Positions 12,586 to 27,267 of a stretch of 64,000 bases of DNA are shown here, one piece after another (position 1 is the stretch's first letter; every line of letters starts with the position of its first letter). This DNA is from Octopus bimaculoides (lineage: Eukaryota). Both the position numbers and the translations under genes were made by a program. The notes beneath the pieces were generated by a model, which worked only from the letters and a program-made list of their open reading frames with translations, had not been told where the DNA came from and searched no databases. The DNA lies in assembly GCF_001194135.2 (NCBI RefSeq), contig NC_068986.1, forward strand, positions 44,388,252 to 44,452,251. The letters are read 5' to 3'.

Positions 12586-13379
12586 CATACATCTTTCTAA
12601 ATTGCTTCACATCATATTCAATCAAAGAAAAAGTATTTTCTCAGAATTTCAGAGATAAATAATGTTCTTGTAGTAAAAGTAGCAAATCAGAACAAATGAA
12701 AATCAGAACAAATGAAAAACTTGTTTTTAAAAATACAATTGTAAAAAAGAAAAAGAAACAGATACGTAGCAAAAATTCATTACATCTACATTAAGAAAAA
12801 ACACAAGTCATCCATACATGTTGCGTGATATTAGAATTAATCTTAGGAAATAAATAAAGAAAGTATCCATGAGCACTAAATCAAGTTAACTGAAGAAATC
12901 TTATAAGCAATAGCAGTAACACATATGATTCATTTAAATATAAACAATATGTATATTAAACTTATATATCCAATTTGTTTACTGATAAAGAATCAGCTCA
13001 TAAATATAACAGTTTTTGGTGTATTCTTAAATAACCAAAATGACTCTTCCATGTGGCGAATTTTTTGCTCAAAACAAAAGAAAAATCAGAAAATGCTCAT
13101 TAATTCAGATAAAATAACATCTTAATCAGAAACTATAATTTTTGTTAAAGAAGTATCTAAACATCACAGAAATCTATCTTGAACAGCTTCAAAAGAAATG
13201 ACTAGTTTTATCTTATATTTATTGATTTAAAAGTGATATTTGATGAAGAAATCTGATGAGTCGTGGAAATCTATTCTTGTTAGAATTGTAAAACTATGCA
13301 AATGCTTCTTATGACACTGACCTTAACACCAATTCTTCCATTTTGCTCTAGAAATCCTGATGAAAGAATATGAGATTCG

Positions 13380-14900
13380 GCACAAGATTTGACAAATTAT
13401 ATACACAGATCATCTGGTTTCTATTCTAGAGTTTAGCCAGGGAGGCTGCATGATATATAAAACTTGCAGATGACTTGAAATAGAGATATGCAAGTAAACA
13501 TATTTCATTAAATTCTTTAGTAAGGCTTGAGCAATTCCTTGACAAGTATAAAGATAAAGATGAGAGAAAGGGCCATAAAAAAGACTATAGGAGTGAAAGG
13601 AATATTGATAGTATGTCTTAAGGGGATGCATGGAATATAGTAGAATTTCAATAAATCTCTAAATGAATCAACAATTTAAGAACATCAAATACCATTTTAC
13701 AATAGAATATTGTGAATGTTAAAGTTATCAATTAAGAAAAGTATGCAATTATCAAAAATTGAAGTTTAAACTATGCACACAATGAGAAAAATTGTGAATT
13801 ATGAGTTCCATGTTGAAAAAAAAATTTTTAATGCATCAGCAAAATTTTTAAAATTATGAATACTGAGAAGTTTTCAGTGATCTATAATATAGCTGTTTCA
13901 GAATGACATGCATTCATCAAACTTAAAAATTATTATATGACAGTTACTTTGAAAAATATCTATTCTGAGTCTACAGATCATGGCATGTAATAATGACTCA
14001 CTAACAGCACTTGATAAAGGGAGCTATGTTAACAGTAATATATCTCCATAAGATTTCACTTTGCGGGACACTGTTAGAGAAGTAAGGAGCTGGTTTAGTG
14101 TCACCCTACTTTGAACACCTCAGCATGGTTACAATTGCATTGTGAAGGCATACATCAATCAGTTAATAAATGACACCAGATGTCACATTCCATGGAAGAC
14201 AGAGACGAAGGGGATGTTGGAAATCCAAGCAAGTTTGACTCAGTGATGACATCAGCATGAAACTTAATTTTTATGTAATGCGAAAGTGTGAGGCTTTATT
14301 GTTGTGAAAAGTGCAAATGTAAATGCAAATTTGTAGTGATGAGAGGGCTACATACAAACTGTTGAGTTCATATATATATCATCTGTGTTCTTAGATGTTT
14401 CTACATTTTTCTTATAAGCACAGCACTTGCAATGAATTTAAGATAGACTACATGAAACCCACAAAACACTCATAAAAACTGTCCTCACAAAGAATAGTTA
14501 GAAATAGTGAACAAATTGGAGTCAATCTCACAATAAGTGGAGATTATAAGGGTGATTTTGAATACTGCAAGTAAAGCAACATTTATCAATTATACAGCTA
14601 CACCAATAAGTTGCACTGTTTTTAATGAAGGATTATGATCAATAGACCTGTTGATTGACAGTCTGATATCATAATAATACTGGGTTTCAATTCTTAGAGA
14701 AAGGCAAAGAATTAACTAAGAAAATAATTGGTTGGTACTTATGTAATGTACATAGATACAAAGAAGGTCCATGAACCGAGAGATCAAAGCAAGAATACAT
14801 TTAAACAAAGAGACATTTATTGTGAAATAAATTGAGACTTGCAGATAGAATGACCCATAATTAAAGTGTATAGGCATAATCTGCTATGTAGAACTCCTTA
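13380..14900 (+). mobile_element. Highly degenerate LINE remnants
   Basis: An RT-like KLADDL preceded by a QG-like motif near 13435-13480, and an endonuclease-like DIIIILGFN near 14665-14692. There is no continuous ORF. Confidence 0.3.
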
Positions 14901-17291
14901 AACTATATGAGCATAGGAAACTTGACAGTAAACTATAGCAATTATGATGCTAATGACAAAGAAAATTCACAGTGTATCCTAGTTGGCTGAGGTATTCTAA
15001 CCAAGATTGATGAATTACCATTGTACAATGACAGAGAAGTTGACTTATAAACAGAGGTAGATGTTTAAAAAATGTGTTCAATTTGATGGTAGAAGATTTC
15101 TTACAATACCATCAAATTTTAACCATTTGAAACCAACCTCTGTGCATGGTGCATATGCATACGTGTGCATATACACATCAGTAATATTGAAAATGAAATA
15201 TACTTAAGAAAAAAAAAAGCTACTAACAGCAAATCAAAAGGCTAGCAACTTTGTGGGAAGGGGTAAGTTGATTACATTGCCTCCACTGCTCAACTGGTAC
15301 TTATTTTATTAATCCTAAACAGGTGAAAGGCAAAATTAACCTTGGTGGAATTTGAATTCAAAATATAATGATGGCAGAAATGCTGCTAAGCATTTTGCTC
15401 AGTAATGCTAACAATTCTGCCAGCTTGCCACCTTAAATACCAGCTTAATAGTGCCAAAATTATTTTACTAAATTATTTATTATATTCAAATCAATAGAAA
15501 TAAAGGCAGCATATTTCAAAAGAAATATGATAACAAAAGGGTTAAAGATACTAGAAGAAAGTGGCAATGACAAAATTTTATTAGGAAAAAAAAACAAAAT
15601 GCAAACATTTCTATTTACTCTTAAACCATTGTCAGATATTTTAGAATCCTTTGAAACACAGAACAGACACTGAGAATGGCTTAGAAGAATTATCCATATG
15701 AGAGAACATACACACAAGAATGAATTAACATTTTGAACTCTAGTAAAATATGTTCACCCTATAGTTACAAAATTTAGATTGATTTATATTTTGTTGCATA
15801 AGATATATGGTTGGGATACATAAGGCACATGAACAAAAAAAGAGTTATAAAGGTTTATTGAATTAACCACTTTAGCCTCTGCACCTTTTCATTTAAATTT
15901 ATATTTAAATGAATGAATTCACCAGTTATCTTTAGATGCTAGATTACATATTCCTTGTAACTTCTGTTCCACATAATTAATTGTAATAAATATAACATCT
16001 GAAGACAGTCTGGCAAGATAATGATTGGAATGGAGCATATAGTATATAATATAAATCCAATCCTTGAGATTGATAATTCAATCAGCCTTTATCACGACTT
16101 TATGTATAATCAACTTTTATCATTTGTGCCAAAAGTATAGAAAAGTTACTTATGTTACTGCTAAGGATGGCTTTATATCAGAGCTACATACGAAATAGAA
16201 ATGCCAACGATTTTTAAATTGAGACTATGTAATAAAGGACATATCAATAAACAAAAACCAAAGACATATCAGGAGGATTTTTAGCTGAATAAATAGCTAG
16301 ATTTCAAAAGAAGTAAAAATTTTTCTAATAATTTTAACTCTCAAAACAAAAATAAGGGTAATTAAAGGATGGCTCAAGGATTTTTTTTTTTGTCACACAA
16401 AGTTTTACTTAGTTTTGTTAGTTTTTAATTTTAATATGTTAAAACTCAAATACTTTTATAAACCAATATCTAAGAAAAAAATATTTGGAGTTGAAATCCA
16501 AACTTGAAGCAAAATACATAAAAATACTTAATTTTTTTTATAGATTAAATTTCATATCATTATTATTTTCTTGATCTTTGATTCAAGTTAGAATTTATAA
16601 TCTCAGTATATTTTTTTCTTCAGATAAACCACTCCAGTCCATTTTGATTGAAAATTTTATGAATGTGAAATTTAAAAAAAAACACACATCTAAATTCAAA
16701 TTCCTTTTCCTGACATTTTATTTTAACAAATGAAACAAGCCTACTGATAATCCATTAAACAACAGATACTACTGATAAGCAATTGAAACAAAGAATTAAC
16801 ATTCATGTAAAGTTGTGCTCAAGTAATGTGTATATGAAAATATGCACACACACACACCTACATGTGTATTCCTATGTGTGACATCTTGAAGATTGCAAAC
16901 ACTTCTATATGAGTGAAAGCCACATGCACACTTGATTTTAATAGTCTCTGTGCATGGTGCATATGTTTGTGCATACATGTGCACATGCACATCAGTAATA
17001 TTGAAAATGAAATATATTTAAGAAAAAACATAACTACTAAACAACAAATCAAAACAATTAGAAACAAAAATTCACTTTCCCATGTTTTACATATTCAGTC
17101 AACAAAGTAAAGCATCAAAAGGGAACAAACATAGTTTTTGGCAGGGTGGAAGGGAAGAGATATAACAGTCAACAATATGGCAATATTACATTAAAACTGG
17201 AGACAAGATTTATGATTGTGTATATGTAGAAGTGTACTTATATATATTGATCAGTTCTGGTTCGCAGTAATAAATGGAATATGTAACTCAC

Positions 17292-17408
17292 CTGCCAGGA
17301 TTTAGAACAGACAATCAAAACTGTTCTCTGATTGTATGGGCAGCAGTGCAGTGTTTGGGCGTTTAAACAACGAATCTGCTTAGATTCATCTTCATAAACA
17401 GGCTTCAG
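17292..17408 (-). CDS. WDR7: WDR7 coding exon 6
   Basis: CACCAG acceptor, 117 nt, LKPVYEDESKQIRCLNAQTLHCCPYNQRTVLIVCSKSWQ (cf. [38 protein letters not shown]), GTGAGT donor, phase 0. The six exons sum to 705 nt in frame. Confidence 0.92.
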
Positions 17409-19618
17409 CTGGTGAATGAAAAAGAGTTAAAATTGGTAAATGAAGCTGAAAGCATCTGGAAAGCATCTGCTTTTGTAATTTGATGACAAACATAGCTAAC
17501 ATGTCATGCATGCACAGATCTGTAGCATCAATTTTAATGATTGACATGTTTAATATACCTTATTTAATATGACTTAGTGGAAAACTGAATCATGATTATC
17601 ATCAACATTTAATGTCCATTTTCCATGCTGGCATGGGTTGGATGACTTCACAGGAACTGGCAAGGCCAGGAGTTGCACCAGGTCCCATGGTCTGTTTTGG
17701 CCTGGTTTCTATGGCTGGATGCCCTTCTTAATGCCACCCACTTTACAAACTATACTGGGTGATTTTTACTTGGCACCATCACCCACACCAATGCTTTTTT
17801 ATGTAGCAGCTTAGTTTAAGGATTTCAATTCTGTTGTGGTGGGCAGGTCTTCTTGAGCATAGAATATTGTTACAAAAAAAATGTGAGTAAATCAAGAGCA
17901 ATGATGTTCTTCTCAGCACATACTGCATTTAATTTATTTTTAAATTTTTCAAATTCTTAGACATTTCCTCAGGCTTATAATAGAGGATTTGTAAATTAAC
18001 ATTTAGAGACAAAAATGTAATTAATATAGATGTAGTTTTTGAAATAGGTCATCATTATTATCGTTTAACAGACACTTTTTAATGCTTGCATGGTCAAATG
18101 GAATTTATGAAGGCAGATTTTTCTATAGTTGGATGCTCTTCCTGTTGCTGACCCTCACCTTTTTCTAAGCAAGGTAATGTTTTCCCATCACCAGACATAT
18201 TCTTCACAGGTGACTAGAAATGAATGACCTCACTTATATGATGATGCTACTCATTTACAACCATTACATGATGTCCATTCAAGGGCACACACACACAAAA
18301 TCATATAATGAGCTCTTTCAGTTTCTGTCTACCGAATCCACTAGCAAGGTTTTCGTTGGCCTGGAGCTATAAAAGACATTTGCCTAAGGGGCTACACAGA
18401 GGGTCTGACATAGAACCATGTGGCTGGTAAGTACACACCAGTGCCAACTTTAATTACTTATGTTTCTGTAAGTAGTCAAAGTTAATTATTCCTCAAAGAA
18501 AGCAAGTCTTAAAAAAAAAACAAAAGGGTATTATTCAGAGCATTATAATGTTTGTTTTGGAGGGAGGGGAGGTTGTTATTTTTGCTTGTTATTTATTTGT
18601 CCTGATATTTGCTATCACTTTCAAAACCTTCATCTGGATTAAATAAGCTAGAATAGAAAAGGAAGTGTGGTTATAAGTTAATGAAGCCAATAATTTCTAT
18701 GGAATTGAAGACAAATGTAACATTTCATAATGGATATTTTGTCTTTGTCAGAGTGTAGACACTATTGAAAATATGTTCTAAATAATCTTTAAATTTTTTT
18801 CTTTTTTTTCTTCCAAAAATAAGAAACATCTTCATATGTTTTTTATTTCCCCAAATAAACAGTGCATAAAATTAATTAATTTTTTTAAAGTTTAGTAACT
18901 GATAGCAAATGTTTTGAGAGATCCTTCATGTTATAAAAGATGTGTTAATTATTCAAAATACTTAAAACATCCGGGAAATTGATAAAACAAATTAATGTTT
19001 ATATCCAGTTTCAAACTAAAGTGAGAATGACTTTGGTAAACAAAGATATTTTACAAAACTATAAACTTGTATAAAGCTCTGGATCATTAATTGAGAAAAA
19101 CTTAGTAAATAAATTAAATGTTTATAAAGGTTTGTGCACGAGAATAATAATCATCATCATTGCTTTTAACATCCACTTTTCTAGGCTTGCATGCATCAGA
19201 CAGAATTTATTGAGTTAGATTTTCTATGGCTTGATATTTGTTTTGGTGTCAGCCCTCACCCGTTTCCTAACAAGGTAATATGGCCAGACATATTTTTCAC
19301 AAAATAATGGAAAGGAACAACAACATTTTTATGAGAGTGATGCTCATCTGCAACAACCAAGTGATGCCAAAACAAGGGTATACACACACACACACTGTAT
19401 GTGATGGGCTTCTTTCAGTTTCCATCTCTCAAATTCCCTCACAAGACTCATGAGGCTTTGGTCAAACTGCAGCTATAGTAGAATACACTTGTACAAGGTC
19501 TCACATAGTGGAGCTACACCTGAAACTACAAGGAAGGTTGAGAAGCAAGGTTTTCAACTACACAGCCACATCTGTACCTCCTGAGTATAACTAAGAGTAA
19601 CAAATTCACAGAACTCAC

Positions 19619-19689
19619 CTTAGATTCTTCACCAGACAAACTCCAAACTTTGACAGCACCTGAATTAGAAACTGCTACTACCACATCAT
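19619..19689 (-). CDS. WDR7: WDR7 coding exon 5
   Basis: TTTTTCAG acceptor after a 110-nt intron, 71 nt, (D)DVVVAVSNSGAVKVWSLSGEESK (cf. EDTVVALSVTGILKVW), GTGAGT donor, phase 0. Confidence 0.92.
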
Positions 19690-19799
19690 CTGAAAAATTT
19701 GTAAAGATTTTTTTTTTTTTACAATTAAAATTTAGCTAAAATTGTATAACATCGAATTCCTAATACACTTGATATATAAAAGAAAATAACTTTACTGAC

Positions 19800-19968
19800 C
19801 CTCTCCTTTCACTGGTCTTAAAATGCAGCATGCACTGATCCAATTTGGAGTAACTTTGGAATGTAAGGAGAAGATGATCTCAAATCCAAATGGATCCATA
19901 ACATGGATCTCTGGGTAAAAGCCATTACAAACAAGACGGATCTCTTGACTACCGCGAAACCGGTAAGA
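19800..19968 (-). CDS. WDR7: WDR7 coding exon 4
   Basis: TTTTTAG acceptor, 169 nt, SYRFRGSQEIRLVCNGFYPEIHVMDPFGFEIIFSLHSKVTPNWISACCILRPVKGE (cf. RLLCHGHYPEILVVD...SKISPDWIS), GTCAGT donor, phase 1. Confidence 0.92.
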
Positions 19969-21683
19969 CTAAAAATAAAATAGTAGGAGTAGTAATAATA
20001 ATAATAATAATAATAATGATGATGATGATGATGATGATAATACAAACCCAGTTAAAATACTATTAATGAAATATTACAAAACTATACAAAATAAGCATCA
20101 TCAGCACTACCATCATCAGGATTTCATGTTCCTTTTTCCATGCTTGCATGGTTCAGACATATTTTCTAAGAGTGAATGTGCTTCTTTTCACCAAACTTCA
20201 CCTGTTTCAAAGCAAAATAATAATTCCTCATGGCCAGACATATTTGTCATGGGAAACTGGAAACAAACAACCTTGCTTTTATGATGGTGATGACCTTTTG
20301 CAATCATGATGTCGAGACAAAAGTACACATGCACATACGTGCATGCAAGTGGGCATACGTACATATGTATTATTTTATTTGTTTCAGTCATTTGACTGCA
20401 GCCATACTGGAGCACCACCTTGAATTGTTTGTGTCAAACAATTTGACCCCAGGACTTATTTTTTGTGAGCCTAGTACTTATTCTATCGGTCTCTTTGCCG
20501 AACTGCAAAGTAATGGGGACATAAATACACCAACGCCAGTTATCAAGCGACGATGGGGGAAGAAACACAAAGACAGACACACACAACAGGTTTCTTTCAG
20601 TTTCCATCTACCAAATCTACTCACAAAGCTTTGGTCAGCCTGAGGCCATAGTAGAAGACATTTGCCCAAGGTGCCACACAGTGGGACTGAACCTGAAATC
20701 ATGTGGTTGAGAAGCAAACTTCTTATCACATAGCCATGCCTTGTATGACAAGCTTCTTTCAGCTTGTCAACCAAATCCACTTACAACACTTTGGTTGGCC
20801 TGGGGCTATAGTAGAAAACACTTGCTCAAGGTGTGACATAGTGGGATGGAACCCAAGACCACATGGTTGAGAAGTAAGCGTTTTAGCCACACAACCATGC
20901 TTGTGCTTATTAACATATATGCAAATTATGAGGACTTATAGGGTCAAAGTTGACCATGTAACTGCTCATGGACAAGATATTTTATGGAAGACTAGCAGTA
21001 GCCCATGCATGCAAGTTATCTCTCTCCACATCACTGATATTTGTCTAAGGGAAATGTTGTCAACTTGAGCTGATAAGGCTTAACACCAAAGTTGTAACAA
21101 ACACTGTTGTCAGAACACAAAGAGCCAGAATAGATACTACAAGGAATCTCACTTTATAGTTATACCAATCCACCACCCTGGATTGATAATATTTCCAAGC
21201 AAGATAATATTTCCTCATGGCCAAACCTGCTTTCCACAGAGGAATGGAAATGAAGAACTTTGCTTGTATGACAATGATGCTCATTTACAACCATCAAGTT
21301 GTGTTCTTGAGCAAAACACTTCATTTCATTCTGTTGCTCTGCGATCACTTCAACATTTGGGTGCACCTGTTCAGGCAATGTCAATTTGATGGAGTGAGTG
21401 AGCTCATGTACAACATGAACATTTTATCACTATAAACAAATCATCTATGTAGGTTGTTCAGCATATGACAGAAGAGTCCACCACATATATATGATGGGCT
21501 TCTTTCAGTTTCTGTTGACCAAATGTATTCACAACTCAAATACTTTATAAACCAAAATTCTATTTTATACATCAAAATTAATCTTAACATTAAATATCTA
21601 ATTGACGTCAGAAATGTTTTGCATCATGGTAATTTAAAAAATACTTTATAATTTTGAACAAAAGATTTTAATTAAAAATTTTA

Positions 21684-21815
<132 letters not shown>

Positions 21816-22406
21816 TTAGAAAAACATTATGTAGAAACAACTGTCTTGAAATTTAAGGGTTGAAAGATACTGTACTTGTTACTATCAATTTTGAAAATGA
21901 TAAAAATTTAGTAAAATAACTTTGACGTTATTAATCTAAGATTTGGAATATAAATTTTAATGGAATGTTTTGATTTAGATCTCTTTAAAACAGGAAATTT
22001 GTACCAAAGAGCCCAAGGTAGTCTAAGGCAGATCAGTTTCAAAAGGGTTAATGTCTATTTTCTACTTCCCAGTTGGCATGATGGACTCATCTACAAACAA
22101 TACCTCTCTACATATCTCATTTGTGTTATCTTAAACCTGTGTTTAATCTGAAGCAACATGTTGGCACAGTCATTAGAACATCAAATAGAATGAATACCTT
22201 GCAGTATTCATTTCAGCTTTTCAAGCTTTGAGTCCAAATCCAGCCAAAGTCAACATTACTTTCCATTCTCTTGGAACCAATATATTCGATAAAGTTTAAT
22301 ATATTCGATAAAGTTTAATATATTCGATAAAGAATCCTACATTTTTTTTTCCACACACACGCAAAAAAAAAACATTCCTTTCCATGAGAAATCAATAATT
22401 ACTCAC

Positions 22407-22513
22407 CCATTTTCTGAACTACTAACAACATAAGGAAATCCATGTTGCTCATTACCGAATGATAAGCAAGAAATTGAAGCTGTGTGTCCAAACAGCATGT
22501 GTCGTGGGTATAT
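22407..22513 (-). CDS. WDR7: WDR7 coding exon 2
   Basis: TTTACAG acceptor, 107 nt, IYPRHMLFGHTASISCLSFGNEQHGFPYVVSSSENG (cf. INPRALLFGHTASITCL...YIVSASESG), GTGAGT donor, phase 2. Confidence 0.93.
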
Positions 22514-23200
22514 CTGTAAAGAGAAATCATTGAAAAATATTGTTCTTGGTACTATTTCATTCACTATTTTTTTACACTCTCTTCACATATAGCCATAGTA
22601 GCATTATAAACAATTTGTCTTCATAAGAACACCATTTAGTCTATTCATAACTTTCTTTTTGTCATTCACATACAGTAAGATAAAATCTTAGCAAGCTGAT
22701 TACGAAACAGTTTTTATTTTCAGTTGTACCAATTAATGTTACCTACATGGCTAAAACCTATTAGTAAGGCATGGTTGTAAAGCAATCTCATTTCCCATCT
22801 TTAGAATAAAACAGAGACCTTGTGTCTATGTAAGGTGCAAGGTATGACTGTGATTAAGACGCTCATATTGTAGCCAGGAGACAATCTCACTTTGCAACAC
22901 CTTGGGTAAGTATCTTCTGCCATAGTATTAAGTGGCCAATGATTAGTATGTATATGTGTATATCTTCCATTAATATCTGTCAGCAAAAGATGTGAACATT
23001 AATGAGAAAACTGAAAAACTGATAGTTTTTAATGATAATACTCTGCACAATATTTATCCCACTCAAGCTGCACAGATAGTCCCTTCTTAGCCATTGGAAA
23101 TGCAGTGTGCCAACAACACTGTTGTTCACAAATGCATTATATAAATACAAATAAAAAAATTCAAAAATAACCTTTGTGTGCTGCATACAGTAGCCACTTA

Positions 23201-23357
23201 CAGGACTATCTTAAGAGCATTGTATGCTTCGAGGCAAAGCAATGCATTGAGGTTCCTGCATACAAAACTGTCGACTACATCGATTAATATTGGGCTCCCT
23301 AGACTCCCTAGACCTTAGGGCAACTGCCCAGTGTACCCATGTCTGAAAACAGCACTG
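23201..23357. mobile_element. hAT-like MITE
   Basis: Imperfect TIRs CAGGACTATCTT / AAAACAGCACTG, flanked by an imperfect 8-bp duplication (GCCACTTA / ACCACATA). Confidence 0.4.
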
Positions 23358-24713
23358 ACCACATAGAGGCTCTCAACATTTGCTAATACAGACAGGATGC
23401 AGTAAGCTATGGTGAGGCAACTGATCCCAAAACATATGAAAACATGAAAACATCATTCGTGACACTGGTACCTAAACAAGCATACCTGATTCACTTTATT
23501 ATAGTAATTAAAGCCAGGAAGCTTTCTGATATCTGATCTACTATGCCTTATGTTTTTATTGGCCCATTTCTGTTCTGACAACTAACCACATACAACACAG
23601 AGCATATTCTTTTGCATAGTCTGCAGCATACATTTTCTTCATATATCTCTACCAGTAGTAGGCTTACTTTTAGATATTTTTATGATGTTAAGTGGATAAG
23701 AGATTATTGTAGATGAGGAGCCGCTCTATTGCAGGTAACATTTTCTCACATCCAAATAAACTGATGTGCACAGAATTCATTGATTTGCCCAAATGCACAA
23801 TACAATATCTGCAATAAATTTGAACTTGAAATCCATGAATTAATAGTTTAATGTCATATCTCCTAATCTGTTTTATTTGATTTAATATTGCAAACTGTGG
23901 ACAACAACATCATTGGTAACAAGGTTTCCAAGTGCCAAACTCTGGTATACTGTATTTCTGATGATGCAAACTTCGCAAAAAACTTTGCTTGGAAAGCACT
24001 AGTTTTTCATTTTACTGACCATTGTTTACATTGTTCACCAATATATATCAGCAAAGAACACACACACACACACACACATATATATANNNNNNNNNNNNNN
24101 NNNNNNNNNNNNNNNNNNNNNNNNNNNNNNNNNNNNNNNNNNNNNNNNNNNNNNNNNNNNNNNNNNNNNNNATATATGACACCCCATCTCTAACTGTCTA
24201 TGATGTTCCTCTTGCACACTTGTAAAATTACCTCCTCTCCTCCTTACCCTTTTGATCCTTTTGTCAATATACTCTCTTATGCTTACCTTCTTATATCTTG
24301 AGAGTTTGCTTTGGTACACGATCGCTACTATCTTTATCTTCTCCCCAGCTACCCTCACCCACTCTTATATAAAGTGGAGTAGCCATGTATATCTGCTACG
24401 GTAAGAAACCATTGCTTGTCCTTCTACCATACTTTAGCTCCCCCCCATCCCCAGCTAGTTTGGGGTCAAATATCCATTTCAAATATTCTCACCACTTAAT
24501 CAAGGGCTTTTTTTCCCTTTTCTTTTCCTGTCTTGCAAGTTACTTGGTGATCTCACCTGTGCAGTATAAAAAAGCATGCAGTGCACACTGTAAAGCGGTT
24601 GGTGATAGGAAGGGCATGGTATCCAACCACAGAAACCATGCCAAAGGTGACAATGGATGTCAAGGCAATTCTGCGACTCAATGGATTGTATCAAGCCATC
24701 CATTCTATGCTAG

Positions 24714-25057
24714 TGTAGTAACGCTGTGCGCATGCGTAGAATTAAACAACCAAGCGTTCCCGCTCAATTCATCCTCTTTCTTGCTGGCCAGCAATAGAGC
24801 ATGGACGTGTCAAGAAGTGTCTCCGACATTCCAACCTGGAGACAGTCTCTTTACGTGTATAGCTGTCACTCTCCATCTTTCGGACTTACACTAGACAGCT
24901 CGCTTACATCTACATAACAACGTCCCAACAACTATGCTCACACACATAGAAGCTGTAACAAGAGCTAAAGATGTATATATTTACCACCTGAATAAATGTT
25001 GTTTAAGTTGATAGTCTGGAGTTCAGCGTTCCGTTATATATTTCTTAATTTTATATA
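24714..25057 (+). mobile_element. Possible solo LTR
   Basis: CpG-retaining segment that begins TGTAGTAA, has AATAAA near its 3' end and interrupts another repeat. The terminal CA and the TSD are ambiguous. Confidence 0.3.
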
Positions 25058-26415
25058 GGAAAGTCAGGTATACATCTAATGTTGTATAACCAACTTTCCT
25101 ATACTAGCATTAAAAAATGCATGTTAAATGATGATGATGATACAAACCTCTCTTTTCCATGTCATCAGTGTTCTGCAAAGGGAAGGTATTTCTTAAAGAT
25201 CAATATAGCTTGACCCCATGTCATCAGAGGCATTGCTGTCAAAATGCAGAGAGCCAGTACACATACCACAAGATAGGTACTTCATCCAAGACCCTAACAG
25301 TTCTACTAAGCTACTAAACTGGATGGGTATTCACATTTCTTCTAGTGACCCACAAAAGAAGAAAAGCAAAGTTGATCTTGGTGGGATTGAAACTCAGAGC
25401 ATAGAAAGTTGGAACAAATACTACAAAGCTAATATTCTAGGAAGGAAGGGCTGAGAATTGCGGTTAGTTCAGGGCCTGGTGGTGAGAAACAAGTGTGACA
25501 AAAGGTGGTGGGATGAATGAGTCAGGAGTGCCTAAGTGACTAACCATCTAAAGCTCTGTCAATTCGACCAATTCACTAGTTTTCAGAAACTGTAAAAGAC
25601 TCATTTAAAATGTGCTTCCAGACAACTATAGTGAAACTTCATTCTTGGTCAATAAATACAACTAAGATATTTCAGGAATTGCTTGACTAGCCTTTCATTT
25701 TCTGGTGCAAATCTCAAACAAAAATATCTTGGAATGTAATGTCTGGCTCTCTGTCAGTTATGATGATGAGCGTTTCAGTTGATTTGATCAACGGAACAGC
25801 CTGCCCGTGAAATTAACAAGCAAGTGGCTAAGCACTCCACAGATGCACGTACTCTGAATGCAGTTCTCAGGGAGAGTCAATATAACACAGAATGTGACAA
25901 GACTGGCCCATTGAATTACAGGTACAACTTATTTTTGCCAGCTGAGTGGACTGGAAAAATGTGAAATAAAGTGTCTTGTTCAAGGTCACAATGCACTGTC
26001 AAGAATCGAACTTGCAACTTTATGATCATGAGCCAAATACCATAACCACTGAGCCACACACCTTTACAACATACATACATATATACATGCAGAAGGTATT
26101 AGTGATCCAGAAGTGACAGAGTACTAGATTAATGTGTGCAATATGTAATTTCACCTCTTTATGTTTTGAGTTCAAGTCCTATCAAGGTTGGCTTAGCCTT
26201 TCAGTTGTTTATGATAGTATTCCACAAAATATCATAGATGCAGGCATGGCTGAGTGGGTAAGAAGCTTGCTTTGCACCATGTAGTTTTGGGTTCAGTCCC
26301 ACTGCGCAGCACCTTGGGGAAATGTCTCTTACTATTGCCCCAAGCCAATCAATACCTTGTCAGTGAATTTGGTAGACGGAAGCTGAATGGAAGCCCTTCA
26401 GGAGTGGCTGTTATA

Positions 26416-26732
26416 GGCGTAGGAGTGGCTGTGTGGTAAGTAGCTTGCTTACCAACCACATGGTTCTGGATTCAGTCCCACTGCATGGCACCTTGGGCAA
26501 GTGTCTTCTACTATAGCCTTGGGCCGACCAAAGCCTTGTGAGTGGATTTGGTAGATGGAAACTGAAAGAAGCCCGCCGTATATATGTATATATGTATGTA
26601 TGTGTGTGTATATGTTTGCGTGTCTGTGTTTGTCCCCCCAACATCGCTTGACAACCGATGCTGGTGTGTTTACGTCCCCATAACTTAGCGATTCCGCAAA
26701 AGAGACCGATAGAATAAGTACTAGGCTTCCAA
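26416..26732 (+). mobile_element. tRNA-head SINE (young copy), inserted after an older copy at 26238-26400
   Basis: A-box-like TGGCTGTGTGGT and B-box-like GGATTCAGTCC, with an internal microsatellite. The same family recurs throughout the window. Confidence 0.8.
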
Positions 26733-27267
26733 NNNNNNNNNNNNNNNNNNNNNNNNNNNNNNNNNNNNNNNNNNNNNNNNNNNNNNNNNNNNNNNNNNNN
26801 NNNNNNNNNNNNNNNNNNNNNNNNNNNNNNNNNNNNNNNNNNNNNNNNNNNNNNNNNNNNNNNNNNNNNNNNNNNNNNNNNNNNNNNNNNNNNNNNNNNN
26901 NNNNNNNNNNNNNNNNNNNNNNNNNNNNNNNNNNNNNNNNNNNNNNNNNNNNNNNNNNNNNNNNNNNNNNNNNNNNNNNNNNNNNNNNNNNNNNNNNNNN
27001 NNNNNNNNNNNNNNNNNNNNNNNNNNNNNNNNNNNNNNNNNNNNNNNNNNNNNNNNNNNNNNNNNNNNNNNNNNNNNNNNNNNNNNNNNNNNNNNNNNNN
27101 NNNNNNNNNNNNNNNNNNNNNNNNNNNNNNNNNNNNNNNNNNNNNNNNNNNNNNNNNNNNNNNNNNNNNNNNNNNNNNNNNNNNNNNNNNNNNNNNNNNN
27201 NNNNNNNNNNNNNNNNNNNNNNNNNNNNNNNNNNNNNNNNNNNNNNNNNNNNNNNNNNNNNNNNNNN

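Noticed and set aside
12212-12662. Overlapping His/Thr- and Val/Cys/Tyr-rich ORFs
   Set aside because: They are translations of (GT)n/(CA)n microsatellite.
26416-26500. tRNA-like A and B boxes
   Set aside because: These are heads of a high-copy SINE family with no complete cloverleaf, so they are not tRNA genes.
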